Made by a program: the position numbers and the translations under genes. DNA of 64,000 nucleotides, taken from assembly GCA_964016885.1 (NCBI GenBank), contig OZ024741.1:125240001-125304000 (forward strand). The letters are read 5' to 3'. Origin of the DNA: Eledone cirrhosa (lineage: Eukaryota). Below the pieces are notes generated by a model. That model ran no database searches. It had not been told where the DNA came from and saw nothing but the letters and a program-made list of their open reading frames with translations. Positions 25,401-38,478 of this stretch are shown piece after piece; the stretch's first letter is position 1; every line of letters starts with the position of its first letter.

Positions 25401-26458
25401 TATAGTGTGTAGTATTGACTGTATAGATAGTGTGTAGATGTTGACTGTATATATAGTGTGTAGTATTGACTGTATATATAGTGTGTAGATGTTGAATGTA
25501 TAGATAGTGTGTAGATGTTGACTGTATATATAGTGTGTAGTATTGACTGTATAGATAGTGTGTAGATGTTGAATATATAGATAGTGTGTAGATGTTGACT
25601 ATATATATAGTGTGTAGTGTTGACTATATATATAGTGTGTAGTGTGTACTGTATATATAGTGTGTAGTGTTGACTATATATATAGTGTGTAGATGTTGAC
25701 TGTATATATAGTGTGTAGTGTTGACTGTGTATATAGTGTGTAGTGTTGACTATATATATAGTGTGTAGATGTTGACTGTATATATAGTGTGTAGATGTTG
25801 ACTATATATATAGTGTGTAGATGTTCACTGTATATATAGTGTGTAGATGTTGACTATATATAATGTTTAAATGTTGACTATATATATAGTGTGTAGATGT
25901 TGACTGTATAGATAGTCTGTAGTGTTGACTGTATAGATAGTGTGTAGATGTTGACTATATATAATGTTTAAATGTTGACTATATATATAGTGTGTAGATG
26001 TTGACTGTATAGATAGTCTGTAGTGTTGACTGTATAGATAGTGTGTAGATGTTGACTATATATATAGTGTGTAGTGTTGACTATATATATATAGTGTGTA
26101 GTGTTGACTGTGTATATAGTGTGTAGTGTTGACTGTATAGATAGTGTGTAGATGTTGACTATATATATAGTGTGTAGATTTTGACTATATAGATAGTGTG
26201 TAGATGTTGACTATATATATAGTGTGTAGATGTTGACTATATATATAGTGTGTAGTGTTGACTATATATATAGTGTGTAGATGTTGACTGTATATATAGT
26301 GTGTAGTGTGTACTGTATATATAATGTGTAGTGTTGACTGTATATATAGTGTGTAGTGTTGACTATATATATAGTGTGTAGATGTTTATATATAGTGTGT
26401 AGATGTTGACTATATAGATAGTGTGTAGATGTTGACTATAGATAGTGTGTAGATGTTC
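22500..26458. repeat. ~4-kb minisatellite, 25-26 bp unit AGTGTGTAG(A)TGTTGACTRTATATAT, ~150 copies
   Basis: Direct tandem repetition with variant units. Confidence 0.97.
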
Positions 26459-26639
26459 ATCATGTATTCTGCATAGAAAAAAAAAGAAGAAATAATGATT
26501 TCTGTATGTCTAATTATTTACAGTTCTACACTAGGTTTAAATACCTCTTTTGAATAAATTTTCGAATTTAGGGAGAAAGTACATCCAGCCTCCTCCGCTG
26601 CTCCTCCAGATTGAGATATCACATTTCTGATATTACGGG

Positions 26640-26960
26640 TATATGCATAGAATAGACCGCTGGTAAGATTTTATGGGCAAAACCTGGCGTCAGGTGACCG
26701 AACAAGATGGTTGAATAATATCCGTGAGCTTGGATGGACTTTCTTGGTGAATCAACCGTTTCAATTGGAGACGGTTGGTCTTGACAGGACCCGCAGGACC
26801 CTTTAAGGAATAAGTGGGTGGCTGTAAAGAAGAAGAAGAAGAAGAAGAAGAAGAAGAAGAAGAAGAAGAAGAAGAAGAAGAAGAAGAAGAAGAAGAAGAA
26901 GAAGAAGAAGAAGAAGAAGAAGAAGAAGAAGAAGAAGAAGAAGAAGAAGAAGAAGAAGAA
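26640..26960 (+). mobile_element. Probable 3' end of an RTE-type LINE with (AAG)n tail
   Basis: RTRWLNNIRELGW resembles the RTE C-terminal RP..RW.D.I motif; followed by (AAG)n. Confidence 0.4.
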
Positions 26961-27824
26961 GGTACAAACTGCATCAAAATATGTGCACTGTGAGCAAAAC
27001 GAGATATTCGGCATCAAACTTAACTTAATTACTCAACGAATTGATTCTTCGGCACAAAAAAGATAGCCTTTCTTTATTCACAGACCAAGTTTACCTCAGG
27101 GACAAATGAGCTCGAGACCCAAATTTATCAAATATCTGGTATGTTGTTCTCATTGTTACGTCACCTGTTTATGTGTGAATGCTCAACACGAATAGGTCTT
27201 ATGTCATGTTTCCTTTCTAATTGAGATAATCTTTTCTCAGGGAAGTTTTAATGAACTGGATAATATAATACTAAAACTAAACGAGGAAAACTTCGCAGAT
27301 TTAATTATAATATTAAAAATATTTGTTTTAATGGCATTATTGCATTTTTTTTATATTTTATCCGTAAAGGCAGAGCTTGGCAAAGTAATATAACGGAGAT
27401 TAAACAGTGAAAAAAATCAGAAGGAAAGTAAGAAAAAAACTAAATTTTGAAATTATAAAACTATAAGGAAAATTCATCCAAGGAATCTGAAATTGCAATT
27501 TGGATCTAAAGAATCTAAAACTTTAAATAGCCGTCAATTTCTTTTCCGCATGAATGCACAATTGTAATATAAATGCGACGTTTTTTTGCACAGTTGATTG
27601 AATCACGTCAAAAAGTGTATTTCCAATCATGGTTTACCAATTCCAAGCTGGCAGGAAGGAATTGAAGTAAGGGGGTGCAAGAATGGATTAGCTCAATGTC
27701 TATTATTCTTTGTAATAAAAAAAAAGTGGGTGGGCGGGGTTGGGTATTAATAAGTTTGAATCCACAATCCACTGTACGTTGTAATCCAAAGGATCGGCAA
27801 ATGATCCGAGAAAAAAACTAATCA

Positions 27825-28020
27825 GGCAGAATCAGTAGAGCCTGCTTCGTGGCATAGAGTTACGTCCCTTTACATTCTGAATTCATATCCCACCGAGGTT
27901 AACTTTGCCTTTCATCCTTACGGGGTCGATAAAATAAAGTATCAGTAACACACTGGGGTCGATTTAATCGACCTTCCCCTCACCCAAAATCGCTGGCCTT
28001 GTTCCTAAATTAGAAACCAT
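27825..28020 (+). mobile_element. SINE family A
   Basis: Family body and tail motifs. Confidence 0.85.
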
Positions 28021-28177
28021 TTTTTTCTTCATTTCTTCTTATTTTTCTTTTTCTTTTCCTGCTTTCAGTAATTGGACTGCGGCCATGTTGGGGCACCACA
28101 TTCAGAGTAGTTAGGCAACCATAACGACTGCAGTAAATATATTTCAACTATGTATACATATATATATATATATATAT

Positions 28178-28953
28178 AATGAAAAATTTGAACAGGGACA
28201 GAACAGAGAGGCAGTACAATAAATGTTTATTAAATTCACGCTCAGGAGAGTGGGGGTAGGTGGGGGACGACGTTTCGGGCATAAGCCCTTCCTCAGGTGA
28301 GAAGTGTGTGGGAACAGAGTTCAAAAGGTGTGTAGGGGAGTGGTGGAGAGACATATAGCGAAAGGAAACGGTGCGAATGAAAAATTAACAAATAAAGACA
28401 AAAAATATAAAAAATAAAAATAGAGCATGATCAAAATACAAGGAATGAGAAAATTTTAAAATAAAGGCATGATCAAAATAAACTGAAATTAAAAGGGGGG
28501 TAAACAGGTGGTGGAAGGGTGTGGGGTGAGTAGGGGTGGTGGCGGGTGGAGTGGGGAGAGGGAGACGGCGTGTCCGAGCGGGGAGGGCTGAAGGTGGTGT
28601 GTGTGTGTAGGTGTGCGTGTGTGTGTGTGTGTGTGTATGTGAAAGTGCGGGTTGGGGGAAGAACGGGGTTGCATGTTCAGGAAGAGGTGTGTGTGGGGGG
28701 GTTTTGTGGGTCGGAGTGTTTGTGCGTGTGTGGATAGGGGTTGGGGGGAGAGGAATCAGGAGGCTGAGGGTGTAAATATGTGGTGGGAAGCACGTGTGTG
28801 TGGGGTTTAAGCGTGTTGTGGGTGTGGGTGGCGTGTGGAGAAAAAAAAATGTTTGGGGGTGTGTGTGTGTGGGTGAGTTATATAGGTGATGACGTAAGAG
28901 GATACCAAAATGTTTAACCCCGACGGCAGAGCTCAAGCTGTTTCGACGGCTAT

Positions 28954-28958
<5 letters not shown>
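28178..28958 (-). mobile_element. (TA)n-embedded non-coding PLE-type remnant with a half hammerhead at one end and a full minimal hammerhead near the other
   Basis: C/A-rich body on the minus strand; AATAAA downstream of the hammerhead; bounded by (TA)n. Confidence 0.65.
28266..28300 (-). ncRNA. Minimal type I hammerhead of the classic PLE pLTR type
   Basis: AC-CTGAGGA-A-GGGC ttat GCCC-GAAACGTC-GT; GUC triplet; stem I weak. Confidence 0.8.
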
Positions 28959-28997
<39 letters not shown>

Positions 28998-29001
<4 letters not shown>

Positions 29002-29075
29002 CCAGGAGAAATGCAAGGAACAGAACATGCCCCTGTATGTTTCTTTTATTGACCTCACCAAGGCGTTTGACCTGG
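28998..29075 (+). mobile_element. Tiny RTE-clade reverse transcriptase fragment
   Basis: Translates FQEKCKEQNMPLYVSFIDLTKAFDLV. Confidence 0.7.
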
Positions 29076-30625
29076 TAGTAGAAATGGCCTGTGTTAAAAA
29101 GCAAAACGGTGTAGGACAGAACAAAGGAGAAACACAAAATAAAAAGCTAGTCGTTGAGGTCACAGAATGAGTGTCGAAAGAGTTTTGACAATATATAAAC
29201 AACCAACCGGTTATCGAACCAACCAACCAACCAGAAATTTATAATAAATTGAAGTGAAAACCAAAAGGTGCGTGTGTTTTTAGAGGCAGCATGACCCTCC
29301 CAATGTATAACAATATATATATATATCAAAATGGAGTCGGTAAAGACCATTACTCACTGGAGTATTCGATACTTGGGGTAGTAGAAGTCGAGTGGGTAAT
29401 ATGAAAATTTCGGACCCTAAATGTTTCATATATATATATATATATGACGCTGGAAAAAGAACCATGGACGCGCGCGTGTATGTGTGTGTGTGTGTGTATA
29501 AAACGACATACAGATACAAAGCATACACACATACATTTGAGGACCAGATCAATAACAGATACACAGGCTGAGGTAGAATGAGAGATACAGAGAGAAAGAG
29601 ACAAATTCGCACAGCAGCCAACAACAGCTATTGACTTAGAAGAAGAAGTGTAAGTCTAAGAGTATACATCTTATCGCACACACATACAGAAATATTTTGT
29701 GGGAAAAGACACTCTGCTAAACAGCATCTAATTTAGGAACCAATTGACAGATTTATCTTTAGCTAGCTATCCACTAGTTTCCACAGTTGTATCGATCTAC
29801 CGATAGAACGAACAAATGAACTATCGATCTATTGATCTATCGATCAATCCATCTACGTTTCCAATTTTATCAAGCAACCATCCTGGCAAGTTATCTTGTC
29901 TAAAAGTTGTAGCTTAATTGAAATAGCACTGGTGGTCAAATTGTCCGCCTATCTGTCCATCAAACTCCTGCCCACACGTCTACCCACCACCCACACTCAC
30001 CACTCACCAATCATCCGTCTATCCATTACACATACACACACCTATGGCCAACAACACACACACACACACATACACCCGTATGTTCAGTCACACCCGCACA
30101 TCTGTCCATCCTCTTCCCCGACCCTCAGTCCAACATAGCCCCGCCTCACCCATCTCTCCCCTCCACCGACACTCCGTCCCTCTCTATATATTCCTGCCTA
30201 TGTATGAGGTGGGGACTGTCTCCCCACCACCACTCCTCCTGTCTCTTACTGCATATATTTCCGTTCTCTCTCGACCGTCTTTCCAATCTTTGTCTCGTCA
30301 GTCAACACCGGTCCGCCGTCACAACAACCATAGATAGTTGTGTATGTATATATATTCTATATATGTGTATTTGTGTGTGGGGGTGTTTATAGATTTTTTT
30401 TTTCCAGTCTTCTTCTCGACAAGAAAGATGAAAAAACTTGCCTCGACACTTAATTTGAAATCTTTAATTTTTAATTTTTAATTCTTATAAATTTTTTTTA
30501 ATAGTAATATTCAACATTGGATGAGATGCATTTTACTAATACATCGAAACTTTGACGAATCAAAGAAAGGATAAAATGAAAAACAGATCCTTAAATATAT
30601 TTTCCGTGCTATTCCTAATTTCACC

Positions 30626-30685
<60 letters not shown>

Positions 30686-30961
30686 ATATATATATATATA
30701 TATAGTGAAGGTATGTGGCTTTGTGCTGTTCGTCTCACGATGGTCAGTTTGATCCCAAGCGGCGCGTTGTCTATTTCTACAAGAAATCTTATTTCCGGAT
30801 GCTCCAGTCCAGTCAGCTGGCGAACAAGAGTTATGCCTATAATTCGAAGAACGAACCTTGTGATAAAGCTAATATAAAGAGCGGTGTGTTCCTGCGCGGA
30901 GATGCTATAAAATAGCTTATAAAATCTGATAAAAGCCCTTAAAGACGGGAAAAACACTTGC

Positions 30962-31038
<77 letters not shown>

Positions 31039-31587
31039 GCAAGTTAATACTATCAGCCTGTAGACCTTCGCTAGACTGGATAACCTACTAACTCGACTTC
31101 CCCAGCCTCGTCAAGGACAGATATTACAACCTAGTAAACACCGTAAGCAAAATAGACCTGTCTGAATCCCGCTGACACAGGTGGTAGTCAGTCTTAACCT
31201 CAGCGCAAACCACCAAACTGACGCCTAATAAAGATTCTTTCAGGTATTTGCCAAGGTTTCTAACAGATCACATGAAAATAGAACGTGTATCCGAAATATA
31301 TCGGTATTAATAAATATTACTAAGGTAACATAATCTGTGGTTTCTTGTTTTACTTCTTTATTCTTCCCTTCTATTCACCCAATCTCACCTCTCTCCTTCT
31401 TCACCAGATTTTGTTGCCTCAAAATGTAAACACCCTGTAGAAGCTTCCATAATATATCCACTTTGTATATGTAAACACATGTAACAGAGAGAGAGTGTGT
31501 GTGTATGTGTGTGTATTCATACATTTGCATATGCGTGTTTATATATATAAACACACACACACACACACACATAAATATATATATATG

Positions 31588-31664
<77 letters not shown>

Positions 31665-31821
31665 TTATATATATATATATATAATATATATATGTATTTA
31701 GCACTCTTGAGCACTGAACGCTATATATGTATTTATATATGTCTATATATACATGTGTGTGTATATATGAATGTGTGTGTATATATATGTATATAAATAT
31801 GTTTGTATGTATGTATGTACC

Positions 31822-31853
<32 letters not shown>

Positions 31854-32449
31854 GTGAAGGAGACACATGGAGAATGAATGAATGAACGTAAATTGCAACA
31901 GAAAATTGGCCTATAATGAATGCTTTCCCGTTTTTTTTTTCTTCTCGCTTTACATTCATTTTATCGTATATACCATACTCTCCGGCTTGTGAAAATCTAT
32001 ATTGGAACACATACTTAACAACCCAAAATTATGTATTCATATCCCTGTATATAGGTGAACGTCTACTTCCCTGATAAACGAAGGCAATAATGTGTTTCGG
32101 CAACGCTCTGTATGATTTAGGAACTCCTTTTTTAGTATACCTACTTATTATTATGATACATATAACAAGAGAAATATGAAATTAGGTTGGCAAACGAGAA
32201 AGCATTATTCTAAAGTGTACTTTTTAAGCAAGCGGTGAATAGGCAGAATTGTTAGCACGTCGGATAGAAAGACTTACGGTATTTGTTCCGGCTCTTTGCA
32301 CTCTATATTCAAATCCCTCCGAGGTCGATTTGGTTTTGCATCCTTTCGAGTTCCATAAATAAAGCACAAGTTTGGTACTGAAGTCTCTCTCTCTCTATCT
32401 ATCTCTCTCGCTCTCTCTCTCTATCTATCTATCTATCTCTAGCTATCTA

Positions 32450-35400
32450 CAAAGGCCACCCCACCACAGGCACCCCCACCCAAGTCATCCCCATCCCACC
32501 AGACACCCCTTCCCCACCAAACATCTCCGTCCCAACCCCGCCAGAAACCACCACCCCATCAAACATACCCTCCAACACCCCCATAGAAATTGTGCAGCCT
32601 GGTCCCCAGGAGACGAAGAGCCCGATACCCGGGACGCAGAGAGGTAAGTGCCTTTTCTCTTCACCACCAACATGGCTATGCTAAGAGTAGGCTGTCTAAA
32701 TGCGCGTGGCCTGGGCTCAACTTGGAAGCAAGCAATGCTGCTAAATGACCTCAGGTCACAACGTATAGATGTGATGGTTATTTGCGAGGCCCGGATCAGC
32801 AACGTGCGACAGCTGGCCCCCACCTTTGATGACTTTGAGATGCACGCATCTCTCTGTCAGCCCGGCGGTGGGGGTGGGGTTGTCGTTCTGCTGCAAAAAC
32901 ATCTGGGTCTCGCAACACAGACGGCACATTTGGACCCGGAGGATCGACTAGTGGTTCTGGACCTTGGCAGTGGGGAAGGCGGAGCGTTTAGGTTGGTAGC
33001 CGTCTACGGCCCTTTCGGGTCAATGCGGCCGGACTTCTTCCATCGTCTGGAGACTTTTCTAGGGACGTCCCGCTCCTTGCTATTAGTGGGGGACTGGAAT
33101 GGTATCCTAGATGCACGTTGGGACTACGTAAGGACCTGTCCCGATAGAGAAGGGTGTAATAAATAGCCTCAAAGGGTTAATCGGTCGATTTGACCTGGCC
33201 GATAGATATCGACTAGATTTTCCGACTGCGCCAACCTGGACTTGGGTAAACTTCAGCGGATCATCTAGGTCGTACCTAGATAGGTTCTTAGTTAGAAATA
33301 AGGATAAGGACTTTTTAAGTTGTCCAAAAATGCGCATGGTTGGCTATTCAGACCACAAGTTAGTGACCTGCATGGTCAACCTTGACAGAACGCATAGACA
33401 GGGACCCGGTTACTGGAAGCTCAACTTGCCTTTACCGGCAAGTAAGGCTTACAGGGACCGGATTAGCACTTTAGTTAAGGAGCGGTTGACGGGTGCCATC
33501 GTCAACAGCAGGTGGTGGGGATCTCTCAAAAGAGAGATTAGAGAAGTCTCTATAGAATTTAGTAAGGAGTTAGCCTCAAATAGAAATAGGAAGAAAAGGG
33601 AGTTGGTAGATAATGTAGAAGAGGCAATTAGAAGTGGTGACGTGGCCAGAGGGCTAGCGTCGAGAACGACCCTGGGCCAGTTCTTCGACGCGAAACACGA
33701 AGGCTGCATCGTCCGAAGCAAAATACGTGCTCTGGGAAACGAGGGGACCAAATCTGTTAGCTGGGCCCGCGTGACAGAAGCCAAAAGAGGGAGTAGATGC
33801 ACTATCCGGTCTTTGCGAGACCAGGATGGACGGGTGATCCTTGAACCTAGGCAGATGTGCGAGGCTTTTCAAAAGCACTTTGCCAGATTGGAAGGGGCGT
33901 GGAGCCGGTTGGGGAAGTGGACTTCGGTCCATATCTCGACGGCCTGCCGTGTCTCTCGGACAGGGAGGCGAAGCCTGCGAGGAGCCGATTTCAGCCGCTG
34001 AGATAAAGGACGTGCTGATCCAATGCGGCAAACGCAAATCCCCGGGTCTCGATGGTCTTCCATACGAACTATATCTAGCTATGCCAGACTTGTTCCCCGA
34101 TCTCCTCGAGGCGGTCTACTGCAACTGGCAACAGAACGGGAGAATTCCCTGTGCTGTGACCAAGGGCGTAGTCACGCTAGTGAGGAAGGATGAGAACAAG
34201 GGGGACGATATAAATAATTTCAGGCCCATAACTCTGCTAAATACAGAGTTACAGATCTTGGCCAAGGTGCTAGCAAAGAGGTTGGCGCTTGTCGTGGGCA
34301 ACCTGGTGGGAGATGCGCAGACATGTGCTATCCCGTCCAGGTCCATCCACAACCTCCACCTCATGCGATACATCATAGAGAGGGTTGGGAACGAACCCGG
34401 CTTTGGTGGGGCCCTGATCAACTTGGATCAATCTAAGGCGTTCGATAGGGTCGACCATGGTTACCTGGATGCGGTGCTAGTGGCGGCAGGCTTCGGACCC
34501 GTTTTCAGGGGCTGGATCAATGCCATGCACAGCAGCCGCATCTGCTCTAGGGTCAAGGTGAACGGCTACCTCTCGGAGCCGTTCGAAATCGCGCGGTCCA
34601 TCCGACAAGGGTGCCCTCTCTCCTCCCTTCTGTATGTAGTGACTCTAGAGTCACTGCTGCGGAAGTTGGAGTTGTTGCAGGGCATCCCGTTGGAACCGGG
34701 ATTGCGGAAAGCGGTGTCGGCCTACACCGATGACGTAACAGTAATGGTGTCGACGACCTCGGAAATCGGGGCGATCGGCACCTTACTGGAGGAGTACGAA
34801 AGGTTTACAGGGGCTTAGCTGAACCGGGACAAGTCGATCGGTCTGCAACTCGGCACGTGGAGAGGCAGATCGATGCCCTCCGATGGCGTCGTCGGGCGCT
34901 GGACGGGGGGCCCGGTGAAGTTGCTCGGGGTCTAGTTCGGAACAGACCTCCAGGTGGAGAAGAACTGGGGTGAGGTAACGAACAGGGTGTTTGCACTGAC
35001 CCAGAAGTGGGCCGAGTGCAAACTGTCCCTGAAAGGTCGGGCGGAGGTGGCGAACACTTATATAGCGTTCGTCATCTACTACCGCCTGACCGTCGTGCCT
35101 TGCCCAAGAGAAACGCTCACCAAAATGGAGTGCGCACTCTTCCAATTCCTTTGGAAGAAGCGAGCTCCTAAGGTGAGGAGATCCATCTGCTGTCAACACC
35201 CTTCGAAAGGAGGGCTGGGGATGCCGTGGCTAATGATACGTAAACACGCATTAAGGCTACGGCACCTCCAGGTATTCCTCACCGGTCAACCGATGTGGGC
35301 CCCGTTTGTGAGGCGAGCCTTTCCCAGATTCGTCTCGCTCACCGAGCTGCAATCCTGGGTCAAGCAAAGACTTGAAAACTGTGCGCCGGGCACACCGAGT

Positions 35401-36357
35401 GTGCCCAAGCGCTCACGGCTCTCTGGCAGGCGAACCCGGCTGTCAGTGGAGAATCCACCTCATCATTCTATAGAGGGCTGGTGGTTTGCAGGTGCTACGA
35501 CGCCCTCGGAGAAGCCCTAGGCATGGAGGAAGACGCACCTGTTCGGTAGGACATTCAGCCCGGGACCCATGGATAACTTCCAGAGGTCCCTGGCCTGGCA
35601 GTGCTACCGAGGGGCTCTGCCCGTTCGAGAAAGGCTATACAGACACGGGTGCCCGGGTAGGGACCCTTCGAAAAAGATCTGTCCCAGATGCGTGTGCGAC
35701 GAGGAAACCGTTGCACACGCATTGGTACACTGCTCGAGCATTGCCGATCTGTGGGGCTATGTCGAACAACTGCTGTCAAGGGTGGGACCGATCCGGTTGA
35801 CCACCGAGCCTATTGTAACGATCAGCCGCCTCCCCACTTCAAAAACGAAGGAGAGGCGGTGTTTCTGTGAGTAGTAGCCATGGCGAAAGAGGTTGTATGG
35901 TGGACGCGTCTGAAAGGACTGAGGTCAGACACCTTTCTCTCTGGCCAACAACTGGTCCGTTTCTTCCGATATCATTTCGGAAGAAGGACAGGATGGAGAG
36001 AGAAGGGTGCTGCACCCCTGCCGAAAGATGGGTGAAAGTGGGGAGAATGGCCTGCGTGAATGGGCCTTCACTCTACATCAGACTGTAGGTGAGAAAGATG
36101 AAAGATCATGGGAGCACCCTCTCTCTGTGCTCCTGAGGATAAGGGTTGCACACTTCTTTCGGGGGTGTGTGCGACCCCCCAAGGCGCCTCCTCCCTATTG
36201 AGGATTTTGTTTTTCAATTTATTTTTGTTATATTTTATATTTTATATTTTTATATTTTGTTATTGCCTCCTCCTTATTGAGGACGCCTTTTTATGTAAAC
36301 TCCCCCCATTGTACTTGTCCCACTCTTTGATGCCCTGGTGGCAAATAAAAAGAAAGT
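32450..36357 (+). mobile_element. 5'-truncated Tx1/L1-group LINE with 16-bp target-site duplication
   Basis: TATCTCTAGCTATCTA at 32434-32449 and 36358-36373; ORF2 plus 3' UTR ending AATAAAAAGAAAGT. Confidence 0.9.
32672..36088 (+). pseudogene. LINE ORF2 (APE endonuclease, RT, C-terminal zinc knuckle) with several stops and frameshifts
   Basis: GCLNARGL, VGDWN, YSDH, KSPGLDG, RPITLLN, LDQSKAFDRVDH, RQGCPLS, AYTDD, CPRC...ETVAHALVHC. Confidence 0.93.
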
Positions 36358-37321
36358 TATCTCTAGCTATCTAGCTATCTCTTCCCTCTCTCCCTCTCTC
36401 TCTTTCTCTTCACCCTCTCTCCCTATCTTCCTTCTCTCTCTCTCTTTCTTTCTCCCTATTTTCCTTTGTATGCCCCTCTATCTCTCTCTTCCTCACTCTC
36501 CTTCTCTCTCGCACGCTGTCTCTCTAAGAAATTTACAATGCTCAGATCTCAAGAGTGCTGAACTCCGCTATGTTTAAGTGCGAAAGCGCCCCTGCGATTC
36601 CTTGTTTAGATAAATGAACGGATAGAAAGAACAACTATAACGAAGTTCTCTTAAGAGAATGTTGATTAACTAGACATCGACATACTAGAACTTGATAAAT
36701 ATAATTATATCTTTAATTCATTTCATATTAATCTATTAACCTTTACGTCCTTACCCACACTTTAGTAGCACCTCTTGCATAATAACTGTGCTTGTCTCAG
36801 AAATCTTCTGATTATATTTGTTTACGGAAATGTCACCAGCTCCTTCATCATACAGCTAAGAGATTTTTCAATCGTCTGACCTTCGACATTTCTTTCGGCT
36901 GTCTAAACAGTGTAAACATTAACGTCGTGAACAACAAGAATTACTAAAAGATGGAAACAAATAACCACGATCTGGAAGAGGTTATTTCAGGAGACCGGAA
37001 ATACGTTATTGTGTATCAAAACCAATTTAATGCTAGATATGGACTTGAGGCTTGGAATGTGATACATCAAACAATTCTTCACTAATTATAGAATTTATCG
37101 ATTTCTTCATCACATTTTATCAAATACTGAATGTGGTTCGACTGCCTGCAATTGGACTGCACAGCTCGTTCACTAATTAATTATTTCTAATTTAGGCACA
37201 AGGTCAGTAATTTGGTAGAAGGTGCATGTGTGATTAAATCGACCTCAGTAATTGACTGAAGATGCAGTAGAATTATATATTATTTGTCATATATATTATA
37301 TATATATATTATGTTTTTAAA

Positions 37322-37492
37322 AGGGTGGTGGATTGGCAGTATCGATAGAGGGTCGGCCGCCATGCTTTGCAGCACAGAGTTACGTCCCTTTATGGACTGA
37401 GTTCAAATCCCACCGAGGTTAACTTTGCCTTTCATCCTTACGGGGTAACGTACTGGGTAATTGCTTGCCTGGTGCCAAAAGTAGAAACAATT
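37322..37492 (+). mobile_element. SINE family A
   Basis: TGGCAGTATCG A-box, GAGTTCAAATCC B-box, body and tail. Confidence 0.85.
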
Positions 37493-37994
37493 ATTTAAAA
37501 AAAGAAGACAGAAGCTAACACCTATATATATATATCTTTAGTTTATTACATGATATCATCTCTCTCTTTTTATATAATATTGACACTCCGCCTGATACCA
37601 GTGCTTACATCTGATTTCATCACATGCAGTCTATTGCTTGGTCAACCAACTCTGGTTACTTGGAATAATATCTATATATCTAAAACAGAGAATGCCTGTC
37701 TGTCTGTCTGACTCCCTAAAACTCGAGAACCACCCAACCGATTGTTTTCAAACTTATCACATGTAATACTTATGGTCGTGTGAGTGTTTTGAGCAAAAAG
37801 AATTTCAAAGGTTCAATGCCCTAGAGACCGCATTAGGAGATTTAGCGATCTCTCTCTATAATTCTTAGTCTTTCTTTTTAGATAGATACATAGATATAAC
37901 GTTGCGCCCTTATAATATCTGTCTGTATGTCTGGCTGTCTGCATTACGACATTATGACGCTATATATGTGTGTGTGTATATATGTATATATATA

Positions 37995-38026
<32 letters not shown>

Positions 38027-38028
<2 letters not shown>

Positions 38029-38218
38029 CGAAGGAAATGTGGTAAGGAACCAGGTGGACCATGACGCACCAAAGTATTCAATACTTAGGGTAGTAGAGTG
38101 GGTAATAGGAACCAGTAAGACCCCGACGGCTGAGCTCAAGCCGTTTCGACGGCTAATTCTGGTCCAGAATTAGCCGTCGAAACGGCTTGAGCTCAGCCGT
38201 CGGGGTCTTACTGGTTCC

Positions 38219-38223
<5 letters not shown>
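38027..38223. mobile_element. Mini-element ending in a perfect 121-bp palindrome (38103-38223) built from a half hammerhead
   Basis: Centre at 38163; same family as 5247-5384. Confidence 0.85.
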
Positions 38224-38281
<58 letters not shown>

Positions 38282-38284
<3 letters not shown>

Positions 38285-38411
38285 CGAAGGAAATGTGGTA
38301 AGGAACCAGGTGGACCATAACGCACCAAAGTACTCAATACTTGGGGTAGTAGAGTGGGTAATAGGAACCAGTAAGACCCCGACGAGCTCAGCTGTCGGGG
38401 TCTTACTGGTT

Positions 38412-38416
<5 letters not shown>
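38282..38416. mobile_element. Tandem copy of the same mini-element with a shorter fold-back (38361-38416)
   Basis: Direct repeat of 38027-38128, then inverted at GAGCTC. Confidence 0.85.

Positions 38417-38477
<61 letters not shown>

Positions 38478-38478
<1 letters not shown>

Noticed and set aside
22500-26458. CRISPR-like regular repeat
   Set aside because: No unique spacers, no cas genes, eukaryotic context
30920-30965. CTGATAA..CCC/GGG..AAAAC hammerhead-like remnant
   Set aside because: Core and stems I and III too degenerate
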